Origin: an uncultured Clostridia bacterium
Lineage (GTDB): Bacteria; Bacillota; Clostridia; Christensenellales; UBA1242
Direction of reading: 5' to 3'
NCBI GenBank assembly: GCA_944350095.1
Contig: CALVOB010000034.1
Span: forward strand, 1 to 42,407
DNA length: 42,407 bases
In this document: positions 1-7,284 of the stretch, piece by piece
How the letters are laid out: the number at the start of each line of letters is the position of its first letter
How positions within the stretch are numbered: position 1 is the first letter of the stretch
Translations under genes and position numbers: made by a program
The notes under the pieces: model-generated
The model's database searches: none
What the model was told of the DNA's origin: nothing
Seen by the model: only the letters and a program-made list of their open reading frames with translations

Positions 1-38
1 ATTCTAGGTGGTTTATTTGTTAAACTGTAAAATTCCAT
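1..38 (-). CDS. N-terminus of next microvirus gene (MEFYSLTNKPPR...), possibly internal scaffolding protein VP3; runs off window
   Basis: ATG at 38 preceded by AAGGAGG RBS (47-53); position after VP5 fits VP3; only 12 codons visible. Confidence 0.35.
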   Translation of the reverse strand, partial: MEFYSLTNKPPR

Positions 39-41
39 GTT

Positions 42-293
42 TTAAGCCTCCTTAATGACATAATCGGTTGCTTTCGCTATAAATCTTCCCTCTGATAGAA
101 TTTCGCCTGTTTGGTCGTCAAAATGCCCTAAAAGCCATAATTCTTTGTCTTCTGGGTTTGTGTTAATAATGTTTGGCTCTTTCTTTTGAGCAAGGTTAGC
201 AAATTCTCTAACTGCTACACCGTCATTTTGTAAATATAATGGGCTCATATACCCGATTTTTGTATCTTTTATGCTATAAATATTTAATTTCAT
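42..293 (-). CDS. Microviridae nonstructural / DNA-binding protein VP5
   Basis: 83 aa; IYSIKDTK...P.....D..A.R.F......NPED..L..LG.FDD.TG pattern characteristic of gokushovirus VP5. Confidence 0.88.
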   Translation of the reverse strand: MKLNIYSIKDTKIGYMSPLYLQNDGVAVREFANLAQKKEPNIINTNPEDKELWLLGHFDDQTGEILSEGRFIAKATDYVIKEA

Positions 294-448
294 TTTTTTG
301 TTTCTCCTATATCATCTGTTATTATTTTTATTATTTTACAATCATTTACCATTTCTTCTAGTATTTCTACAAATTTATCGTAATTTATTTTGTATTTTAT
401 TCCTATATCAATAATTTTTGTTTTTATTTCTGTGTTTGTTAATTTCAT
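290..448 (-). CDS. Small hypothetical phage protein, 52 aa (MKLTNTEIKTKIIDIG...GETKK); not in ORF track
   Basis: Hand-translated; ATGA start/stop overlaps with VP8 upstream and VP5 downstream. Confidence 0.65.
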   Translation of the reverse strand: MKLTNTEIKTKIIDIGIKYKINYDKFVEILEEMVNDCKIIKIITDDIGETKK

Positions 449-558
449 AGTCTTATGCCTCCACGCATACCCGTTGGGTTGATATTTATTGTTTTAGTTT
501 TTGCCGCAGTTCTGCGAAAGATTTTTTTATCGAGTTTTCTTCTTGTTCTTTTTCTCAT
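445..558 (-). CDS. Microviridae small basic DNA-binding/packaging protein VP8 (J-like), 37 aa; not in ORF track
   Basis: MRKRTRRKLDKKIFRRTAAKTKTININPTGMRGGIRL; basic N-terminus, F.RTA and C-terminal RGGIRL signature; GGGGGAG RBS upstream. Confidence 0.9.
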   Translation of the reverse strand: MRKRTRRKLDKKIFRRTAAKTKTININPTGMRGGIRL

Positions 559-560
559 AA

Positions 561-611
561 CTATCTCCCCCTTTTTCTGCGCCTTATTATTCTAGTTCTG
601 CGTCTTCTCAT
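561..611 (-). CDS. 16-aa Arg-rich protamine-like peptide MRRRRTRIIRRRKRGR; not in ORF track
   Basis: AGGAGG RBS 8 nt before ATG at 611; TAG at 561-563, 2 nt before the VP8 start. Confidence 0.55.
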   Translation of the reverse strand: MRRRRTRIIRRRKRGR

Positions 612-906
612 TTGCAGTTCCTCCTAAATAATTATTTACAGCTTCTTTTGCTGTTTTTTCTTTGAATTTAATGTTGAGTTCTTCACATTTACTTTTTATC
701 ATAGCGAGTATGAAATTTGCTTTTTGCATTTGTGTGCCCCAGTTACCGTTCGCAAGATTTGCATAATTTGGTATACTTTTGAGTATTTCTTCAAATGCTG
801 TTGTTGCATTTTTCTTGCTTGTTTTTATCCAAGCTATAAAATAAAAGATTACTATTAAAGCATTAATGCATACTGTTGCTATTGATATTATGTTTTCTAT
901 TGTCAT
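592..906 (-). CDS. Single-TM phage membrane protein, holin-like (LL-H-type architecture)
   Basis: Likely start MTIEN at 906 (AAAAGGAG RBS) rather than 948; one N-terminal hydrophobic helix followed by a soluble helical tail. Confidence 0.5.
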   Translation of the reverse strand: MTIENIISIATVCINALIVIFYFIAWIKTSKKNATTAFEEILKSIPNYANLANGNWGTQMQKANFILAMIKSKCEELNIKFKEKTAKEAVNNYLGGTANEKTQN

Positions 907-1098
907 AATTCTCCTTTTTATTTGTAATACAAATGTTTTACATTTCATTAATGACAGCTTTTGCGAATAGTTTAGGTATTTAAAAAGTGATTTTGCTAAA
1001 TTAACTTATATTTTTTAAATTTAAAAAATTTTATAAAGTTATCAGCTTTTTACTTAAATTTTATTTTAAAAAATCAATAAAACCCTTATAAAATCTAT

Positions 1099-1139
1099 GT
1101 ACTATGCAAATTTTTAGTACTATGCATAAGTACTATGCA
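1099..1139 (+). repeat. Three direct copies of GTACTATGCA (1099, 1117, 1130); probable protein-binding sites
   Basis: Seen directly; array ends 5 bp upstream of a sigma-A -35 box. Confidence 0.75.
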
Positions 1140-1144
1140 AATGC

Positions 1145-1173
1145 TTGACTTAGTATTTTATTTTTGATATTAT
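1145..1173 (+). promoter_or_regulatory. Sigma-A promoter of PadR-TM gene
   Basis: TTGACT-17 bp-TATTAT with TG extended -10. Confidence 0.65.
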
Positions 1174-1265
1174 CTTTATAGAGTTAAAATTCTTTGTTTT
1201 AAACAATTTTTAATAATATTTACATATAACTCTTTGTTTAAATTTAATTTTAGGAAAAGGTTTTT

Positions 1266-3086
1266 ATGGAAATTAAAGAAATTCCAAGAGGTCAACTATC
1301 TACAATAATATTATCAACATTATTAGATGGTGATAAATATGGCTATGAAATTATAAAAGATATTGAAATAAAATCTGGCGGTAAAATAAAAATTAAACAG
1401 CCAAGCCTTTATAGTAGTTTAACTAGAATGGAAAATCAAAAATTAATTTCATCGTATTGGCGAGATAGTGATATTGGTGGAAAAAGACATTATTATAGAT
1501 TAACAGATTTTGGCAGAAAACAAACAGAACAATGGCAAAATGATTTTATGAATTCAAATTCTGTTGTTTCTGGTTTATTTAAAGATGGAGAAAATGGCGA
1601 AAATTTTAAACTTAAAGAAGAAGTTATAAAAGAAGAAATTAAACAAGATGAGCCTAAATTTTTACAACAAGAAAATATTTTTTCTAAGTTGGAAAAATCT
1701 GAAAAAAAACAAGATGAAAGCACTTCTCGAACTTCCCTAGTGCCTGATCAATTAGATATTTTTGAGCTTGCAAATAAAGCCATTGAAGAAGAAAAGAAAA
1801 AGAATGAAAAAATAGAAATTCAAGAAGAGTTTGTTCCTCCACCAGAAAAACATTATAATGTATATCAAGAACTCAACCAACTTAGAAAGCAAAATGAGAT
1901 TTCTAGTTTTGCTGAAAATATAAAAGAAGATTATACTGATGACGATTTAGAAGAAATTGAAGAAACGCCATTTAAAAAATCTTTTGCAGAAAGTTTAAAA
2001 ACAGATATTAACAATATTTCTAATATAAACAAAGATTTAGAAATTCAAAAAGAAAATTCATATAATGTTTATTATGAAAACAAAAATGGACCCTTAAATT
2101 CAAACGATATAGTTGAAAATGAATTCAATGAGAACAAGGAAGATAATTTTAATCATAACGAAAATATATTAGATAATATTGAAAATCAAACATACATTAA
2201 TGAAAACCAGTTAAACATTGCTTATAATAATTCATTAGATAATGAACAAGATTTAACAAATGATATAGAATTAAATAAAAACGAAATACAAAATCTAAAT
2301 GAAAATGTTATAGAAGAAAAACAAGAAAAAAAAGACTATACATATTCAAAACAGGAAAAAGATGAAGGTATATTCATAACAGAAACTCCAAACCCTGAAA
2401 GTTTGCCAAAAGTTAAAAAAATCGAACCTGCAAGATTTACTATTGTTGGTGAAAGTCCCCTATTTAAATATTCTACAGTAGAAAATAAATATAATGAATT
2501 AGTAGAAGATTTATATAAAAAGGGATTTAACGAAAAATCTTCTGAGGGATATCTTTCGTATGATGCATTAAATGAGCATTACAAAAAGAATGGTTTAAAA
2601 TTTTATGCATATACTGCAAAAGAAATCTATTCGCAAAATGAAAAATCAATAAAAAAGGTAAATAATGACTTTATTCCTATTAATAAAATAAATTTTTATA
2701 AATCTATAATATATCTTGCTTTAATATTATTTGAAACTTGGCTTTCTTACACAATCTTAAGCGTTACAGGAGCTCAACCGCAACAATTATTTTTGTATAT
2801 TATAGTTACAATTTTAGCCTTTTGTCCAGCTGTTTATACAGGTATAATGTTTTATAAAAACCCTGAAAAACAACTGCCAAAAGATGTTCAAGAACTAAAA
2901 CAGTTTTTTATAAATTTAGGGATAGCAGTTTTAGGAATTTTGTTAGTATTTTCATTTAATGTTCTTTTTGGATTTAATGGTCAAAACTTTTCTGATTATT
3001 CAACTACCATTGTTTTACCTTCTGTATTACTTTTAAACGTTCCTATATCCTACTACATCTCAAAAGAATTGATTAAGAGATTTTAA
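1266..3086 (+). CDS. PadR-family wHTH protein with long acidic low-complexity linker and about 4 C-terminal TM helices
   Basis: N-terminal IILSTL..GDKYGYEI...QPSLYSSLTRME...GGKRHYYRLT PadR pattern; E/N/K-rich middle; hydrophobic C-terminal ~130 aa. Confidence 0.85.
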   Translation: MEIKEIPRGQLSTIILSTLLDGDKYGYEIIKDIEIKSGGKIKIKQPSLYSSLTRMENQKLISSYWRDSDIGGKRHYYRLTDFGRKQTEQWQNDFMNSNSVVSGLFKDGENGENFKLKEEVIKEEIKQDEPKFLQQENIFSKLEKSEKKQDESTSRTSLVPDQLDIFELANKAIEEEKKKNEKIEIQEEFVPPPEKHYNVYQELNQLRKQNEISSFAENIKEDYTDDDLEEIEETPFKKSFAESLKTDINNISNINKDLEIQKENSYNVYYENKNGPLNSNDIVENEFNENKEDNFNHNENILDNIENQTYINENQLNIAYNNSLDNEQDLTNDIELNKNEIQNLNENVIEEKQEKKDYTYSKQEKDEGIFITETPNPESLPKVKKIEPARFTIVGESPLFKYSTVENKYNELVEDLYKKGFNEKSSEGYLSYDALNEHYKKNGLKFYAYTAKEIYSQNEKSIKKVNNDFIPINKINFYKSIIYLALILFETWLSYTILSVTGAQPQQLFLYIIVTILAFCPAVYTGIMFYKNPEKQLPKDVQELKQFFINLGIAVLGILLVFSFNVLFGFNGQNFSDYSTTIVLPSVLLLNVPISYYISKELIKRF

Positions 3087-3139
3087 AATTTATAAATTTT
3101 AATTATTTTTAACATAATAAATTTTACTAAAATAAACAA

Positions 3140-3177
3140 AAAAATATCACAACCATCAATTTGGGAGTGATATTTTT
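3140..3177. terminator. Bidirectional intrinsic terminator between PadR-TM gene and rny
   Basis: AAAAATATCAC...GTGATATTTTT inverted repeat between convergent genes. Confidence 0.6.
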
Positions 3178-3180
3178 AAT

Positions 3181-4767
3181 TTATTTTGCAATAGCTGTAA
3201 AACGAGATTCTCTAATAACATTAACTTTAATTTGACCTGGATAATCCATTTCTTTTTCAATCTTTTTAGCAATGTCGTTAGCAAGGAACACAGCAGTTTC
3301 ATCAGATATTTCAGATGGCTTAACCATTATTCTAACTTCCCTACCAGCCTGAATTGCATAAGACTTTTCAACACCTTTGAATGAATTAGATATTTCTTCA
3401 AGTTTTTCTAATCTTTTAACATAATTCTCTAAAGACTCTCTTCTTGCTCCAGGTCTTGAACTTGAAATTGCATCTGCAACTTGAACTAATACAGCTTCAA
3501 CACTATTGAATTCTACATTAAAATGATGAGCTTCAATACAATGTATAACAGCAGGGCTTTCTTTATATTTTTTTGCTAAATCCACACCAATGGTAACATG
3601 TGTTCCTTCAACTTCATGGTCAAGCGCCTTTCCTATATCATGTAAAAGGCCTCCACGCTTAGCAACTTTTACATCAGCACCGATTTCAGAAGCTAATAAT
3701 CCAGCAATAAAAGCAGTTTCTAATGAGTGCTTTAAGCAGTTTTGCCCATAACTTGTTCTATATTTAAGCCTACCTAAAATTTTAACTAGTTCAGGATGCA
3801 TACCATAAATTTCCGCTTCTTCTACGGCTTGTTCACCTGCTTCTTTTATAGTATTTTCAACATCTCTAGTAACCTTATCTACAATTTCCTCTATTCTTGT
3901 TGGATGTATTCTTCCATCTAAAATTAACTTTTCAAGGGATAATCTAGCTATTTCCCTTCTTACAGGGTCAAAACTTGATAATGTTATAGCTTCTGGCGTA
4001 TCATCAACAATTAAATCTACACCTGTGGCATTTTCAATAGCTCTAATATTTCTTCCTTCACGACCAATAATTCTTCCTTTCATATCGTCGTTAGGTATTG
4101 TTACTACTGATACAGTTGTTTCCGAAGTAACATCTGTAGCACATTTCTGTATAGCCAGAGCTACAATATCTTTTGCTATTTTTAGCCCATCTTCGCGCGC
4201 TGTATTTTCAATTTCTTTTACAGTTTTTGCAGCACTTATTTTAGCTTCTTCAGTTAATTCATTTATGATTAAATTTTTAGCTTCTTCTTTTTTTAATCCA
4301 GAAACTTTCTCTAATTCTTTAACCATATTTGCTTTTACTTCTTTTTGTTCGTCATAAAGCTTTTCTAAGTTTGCTTGTTTATCTAACAAATCTTGCTTAG
4401 CTTGCTCTAAGGCTTCAGATTTTTTATCAAGTGCGAGTTCTTTTTTATCTATAAATTCTTCACGTTGTAAAATTCTATCTTCAGATTTTTGTATTTCAAG
4501 CTTTTTTTCTTTTTGCTCTTTTTCAAAATCAAGCCTTAAATTTTGAACTTCATTTTTTGCTTCAAGCAATGCTTCCTTTTTTACTGTTTTGGCCTCAGCA
4601 TAAGCATCCTCTATTATTTTTAATGCCTGTGCTTTGTTTTTGTTTGTTTTTTTAGCAATAAAAAATGTTTCAATCCAAATTCCAGCTACTAAACCTATAA
4701 TTGCAGTAGCTAAACTCACCAAAACAACAACATAAGGAGCAACGCTTAATAATAAACTGTTGCTCAT
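3181..4767 (-). CDS. rny: Ribonuclease Y
   Basis: N-terminal TM, coiled coil, KH ([12 protein letters not shown]), HD domain (LLHDIGK). Confidence 0.98.
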   Translation of the reverse strand: MSNSLLLSVAPYVVVLVSLATAIIGLVAGIWIETFFIAKKTNKNKAQALKIIEDAYAEAKTVKKEALLEAKNEVQNLRLDFEKEQKEKKLEIQKSEDRILQREEFIDKKELALDKKSEALEQAKQDLLDKQANLEKLYDEQKEVKANMVKELEKVSGLKKEEAKNLIINELTEEAKISAAKTVKEIENTAREDGLKIAKDIVALAIQKCATDVTSETTVSVVTIPNDDMKGRIIGREGRNIRAIENATGVDLIVDDTPEAITLSSFDPVRREIARLSLEKLILDGRIHPTRIEEIVDKVTRDVENTIKEAGEQAVEEAEIYGMHPELVKILGRLKYRTSYGQNCLKHSLETAFIAGLLASEIGADVKVAKRGGLLHDIGKALDHEVEGTHVTIGVDLAKKYKESPAVIHCIEAHHFNVEFNSVEAVLVQVADAISSSRPGARRESLENYVKRLEKLEEISNSFKGVEKSYAIQAGREVRIMVKPSEISDETAVFLANDIAKKIEKEMDYPGQIKVNVIRESRFTAIAK

Positions 4768-4801
4768 TATTCTCTCCTCTTATAAAATTTAAACTTATCA
4801 C

Positions 4802-4868
4802 AAAAGGGGCTTTCAGCCAAGTTTTCTATATAATAAGGGTTAGCGAAAACTCGCCAAACTACCTCTTT
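4802..4868 (-). promoter_or_regulatory. Structured 5' leader of rny (candidate cis-regulatory RNA)
   Basis: GC-richer island with hairpins TTGGCG-AGTTTT-CGCTAA and GGCT-GAA-AGCC, closing AAAGAGG/CCCTTTT. Confidence 0.35.
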
Positions 4869-4889
4869 AATCAATAAATTTACTCTATA

Positions 4890-4918
4890 AGTTTAAAATA
4901 AATCTTCAAACAAGTCAA
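4890..4918 (-). promoter_or_regulatory. Sigma-A promoter of rny
   Basis: TTGACT-17 bp-TAAACT on minus strand. Confidence 0.55.
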
Positions 4919-4939
4919 CTAATTTTGTTTGAAGATTTA
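4895..4939 (-). terminator. Intrinsic terminator after thiI, overlapping the rny promoter
   Basis: Perfect 15-bp inverted repeat TAAATCTTCAAACAA / TTGTTTGAAGATTTA followed by T-run on minus strand. Confidence 0.6.
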
Positions 4940-5014
4940 AAGTTTTTTTAAAAAATAATTTTCATATTCAATCATATACAATATATTGTGTATTATGCAA
5001 AATAATAGGCACAA

Positions 5015-6172
5015 TTATTCAATAATTTCAATATTATTTATAGCTTCATCAATTAAATAATCAAGGTTTATTTTACCCTCTTCAACTTGAGCTTTTTTAA
5101 TTGTAGGTTTAATTACAGGATTTTTAGGAAGAAAAACAGTACAACAATCTTCATAAGGCAAAATTGATGTTTCATAAGTTCCGATTTCATTAGAAATTTT
5201 CATTATTTCACTTTTATCCATACCAATTAGAGGTCTAAAAATAGGCAAATTTTCAACAACACTATTAGTTACAGTTATGCTTTCAAGTGTTTGGCTTGCA
5301 ACTTGACCTAAGCTTTCACCTGTAATTATTGTTCCACAATTATATTTTTTCGCAACTCGTTCTGCTATCCTTAACATAATTCTTCTCATGATTGTAATCA
5401 TATATTCTTCATAACAATTTATATGGATAGCTTCCTGAATTTTTGTAAACGGAACAACAAACAACTTTATTTTACTAGTATAATCTTCTAATATATCTTT
5501 TAATTTTAATACTTTTTCTTTTGCTTGCAAACTTGTATAAGGAAAACTATGAAAATGTATTGCATTTAAACTTAATCCTCTTTTTGCCATCATATAACCT
5601 GCCACAGGGCTATCTATTCCACCAGATAGCATTAACAGTCCCTTTCCTGCTGTTCCAACAGGCATACCGCCATGAGCATAAATTATTTTTGTTAAAATAT
5701 ATGTTTTACCATTTTCCCTTATTTCTATTATTATATTTGTATCTGGATTATGCAAATCAACTTTTAAATTCGAATTAGCATTTAAAAATATTTCTCCAAT
5801 AAAAGCAGAAAACTCATCAGACTTTACAGGAAATTTTTTATCTGCTCTTTTTGTACTTATCCTAAATGAACCTGTAAGTTCTTTTGCAATTTCCATACAT
5901 TTAGTTATTATTTCTTCTTTATCTGTTGAAAGCTCAAAAGCTGGACTAACAGAAACTAAGCCAAAAATTTTTTTTAATTTTTCAATTATTAAATTATAAT
6001 CGTTTTCATTATAATTAGATATCACATATCTTCCTGATATTTTTTTTAATTCAAAAGAAAAATCTTTTAAAGATTGTTTAATATTTTTTAACAATGCATT
6101 TTCAAAAAATGCCCTATTGTTTCCTTTTAAATGGAGTTCTCCATATCTTAATATAATAACATTTTCCTTCAT
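5015..6172 (-). CDS. thiI: tRNA 4-thiouridine(8) synthase ThiI (no rhodanese domain)
   Basis: YGELHLKGNNR, THUMP domain, PP-loop LSGGIDSPVA, GESLGQVASQT, EDCC. Confidence 0.97.
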   Translation of the reverse strand: MKENVIILRYGELHLKGNNRAFFENALLKNIKQSLKDFSFELKKISGRYVISNYNENDYNLIIEKLKKIFGLVSVSPAFELSTDKEEIITKCMEIAKELTGSFRISTKRADKKFPVKSDEFSAFIGEIFLNANSNLKVDLHNPDTNIIIEIRENGKTYILTKIIYAHGGMPVGTAGKGLLMLSGGIDSPVAGYMMAKRGLSLNAIHFHSFPYTSLQAKEKVLKLKDILEDYTSKIKLFVVPFTKIQEAIHINCYEEYMITIMRRIMLRIAERVAKKYNCGTIITGESLGQVASQTLESITVTNSVVENLPIFRPLIGMDKSEIMKISNEIGTYETSILPYEDCCTVFLPKNPVIKPTIKKAQVEEGKINLDYLIDEAINNIEIIE

Positions 6173-6183
6173 AAGTTTTCCTT

Positions 6184-7284
6184 TTATAAGTTTGCAAGCC
6201 TATTTGCAAATTCGTTTAATTTTTCTACAACAATTTTTGCTTCATCAATTGTGTTATATCTTGAAAAGCTAAGCCTTATACTTCCTACTACACTTTCTTT
6301 ATCTAAGCCCATAACAGTCAAGATTCTATTGCCTACTTTTGAACCTGAACATGCACTCCCCCTGCTTATAAGAATATCTTCACTTTCTAGCATGTGTACT
6401 AAAGTTTCACCATTTATTCCTTTATAACTTAATGATAATATATATGGAGATGTATTTAATCCATTAACTGTAAATTTTTTATTTAAGTTATCTATTATAA
6501 ATTTTTTAATTTCGCTTGCAGAAGTATTGTAACTTATATCTTCAATAGCACCCTTGAATCCCATAATTCCAGCCACATTTTCTGTGCCAGAGCGAAGATT
6601 ATACTCTTGCCCACCACCAAAAATTATTGGATTTAATTTGTTTTTATTCTTTGCATATAAAGCCCCAACTCCTTTTGGTCCATGAATTTTATGAGCGCTA
6701 ATAGTATAAAAATCTATATCAGAATTTAAAGTAAACTTTATTTTTCCAAAAGCTTGAACACCATCAGAGTGGAATATGGCATTTGGACATATTTTATTTT
6801 TAATCTCAATTAATTTATCAAGGTTGTTTATTGCTCCTGTTTCATTGTTTACATGCATTATAGATATGAAATTGGTATCTGACGAAAGCTTATTTTTAAA
6901 ATCTTCAACATCTACTTCTCCATCTTTAGTTAACTTTATAAATTCTACATTATAACCTTTATTTTTTAAATCTAATGCTGTATTATAAACAGATGGGTGT
7001 TCTCCCTCAGAAAATATAAGTTTTTTAAAATTCTTTTTTATAGAACCGTTTATTGCAAGATTGTTTGCTTCCGTTGCTGAGCCTGTAAATATAACATTAT
7101 CCTTAAACTCTACCCCAAGAGTTTTTGTAATTATTTTTTTACAGTTATTTATTTGATTTTTATTTTCAATTCCCTGCTTATAAATAGAAGATGCATTAAA
7201 AAACTTATCTGTTAGATATTCGTTTAAATATCTAACAGATTTTTCGCAAGGTTTAGTTGTGCTGGCATTATCAAAATATATCAT
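6184..7284 (-). CDS. iscS: Cysteine desulfurase (IscS/NifZ-like, partner of ThiI)
   Basis: YFDNASTT, HVNNETG, SAHKIHGPKG PLP lysine, GSACS catalytic Cys. Confidence 0.92.
   Translation of the reverse strand: MIYFDNASTTKPCEKSVRYLNEYLTDKFFNASSIYKQGIENKNQINNCKKIITKTLGVEFKDNVIFTGSATEANNLAINGSIKKNFKKLIFSEGEHPSVYNTALDLKNKGYNVEFIKLTKDGEVDVEDFKNKLSSDTNFISIMHVNNETGAINNLDKLIEIKNKICPNAIFHSDGVQAFGKIKFTLNSDIDFYTISAHKIHGPKGVGALYAKNKNKLNPIIFGGGQEYNLRSGTENVAGIMGFKGAIEDISYNTSASEIKKFIIDNLNKKFTVNGLNTSPYILSLSYKGINGETLVHMLESEDILISRGSACSGSKVGNRILTVMGLDKESVVGSIRLSFSRYNTIDEAKIVVEKLNEFANRLANL

Larger units (their letters stand above)
1..950 (-). mobile_element. Right-hand end of a Microviridae (gokushovirus-like) genome, apparently integrated as a prophage; truncated by window start, host boundary approximate
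   Basis: Tightly coupled minus-strand string of small ORFs including VP5-like and VP8-like (RGGIRL) hallmark proteins, contiguous with host PadR gene and rny. Confidence 0.8.

Noticed and set aside
1099-1139. Mini CRISPR array
   Set aside because: Repeats are 10 bp with 3-8 bp gaps and there are no cas genes
949-1265. dif-like att site at the microvirus junction
   Set aside because: Only weak AT-rich partial matches; no 11-6-11 site I can defend, so the boundary is left approximate
4768-5014. 6S RNA or a known riboswitch upstream of rny
   Set aside because: Leader too short for 6S and lacks the conserved motifs of lysine, c-di-GMP, c-di-AMP or SAM riboswitches as far as I can see
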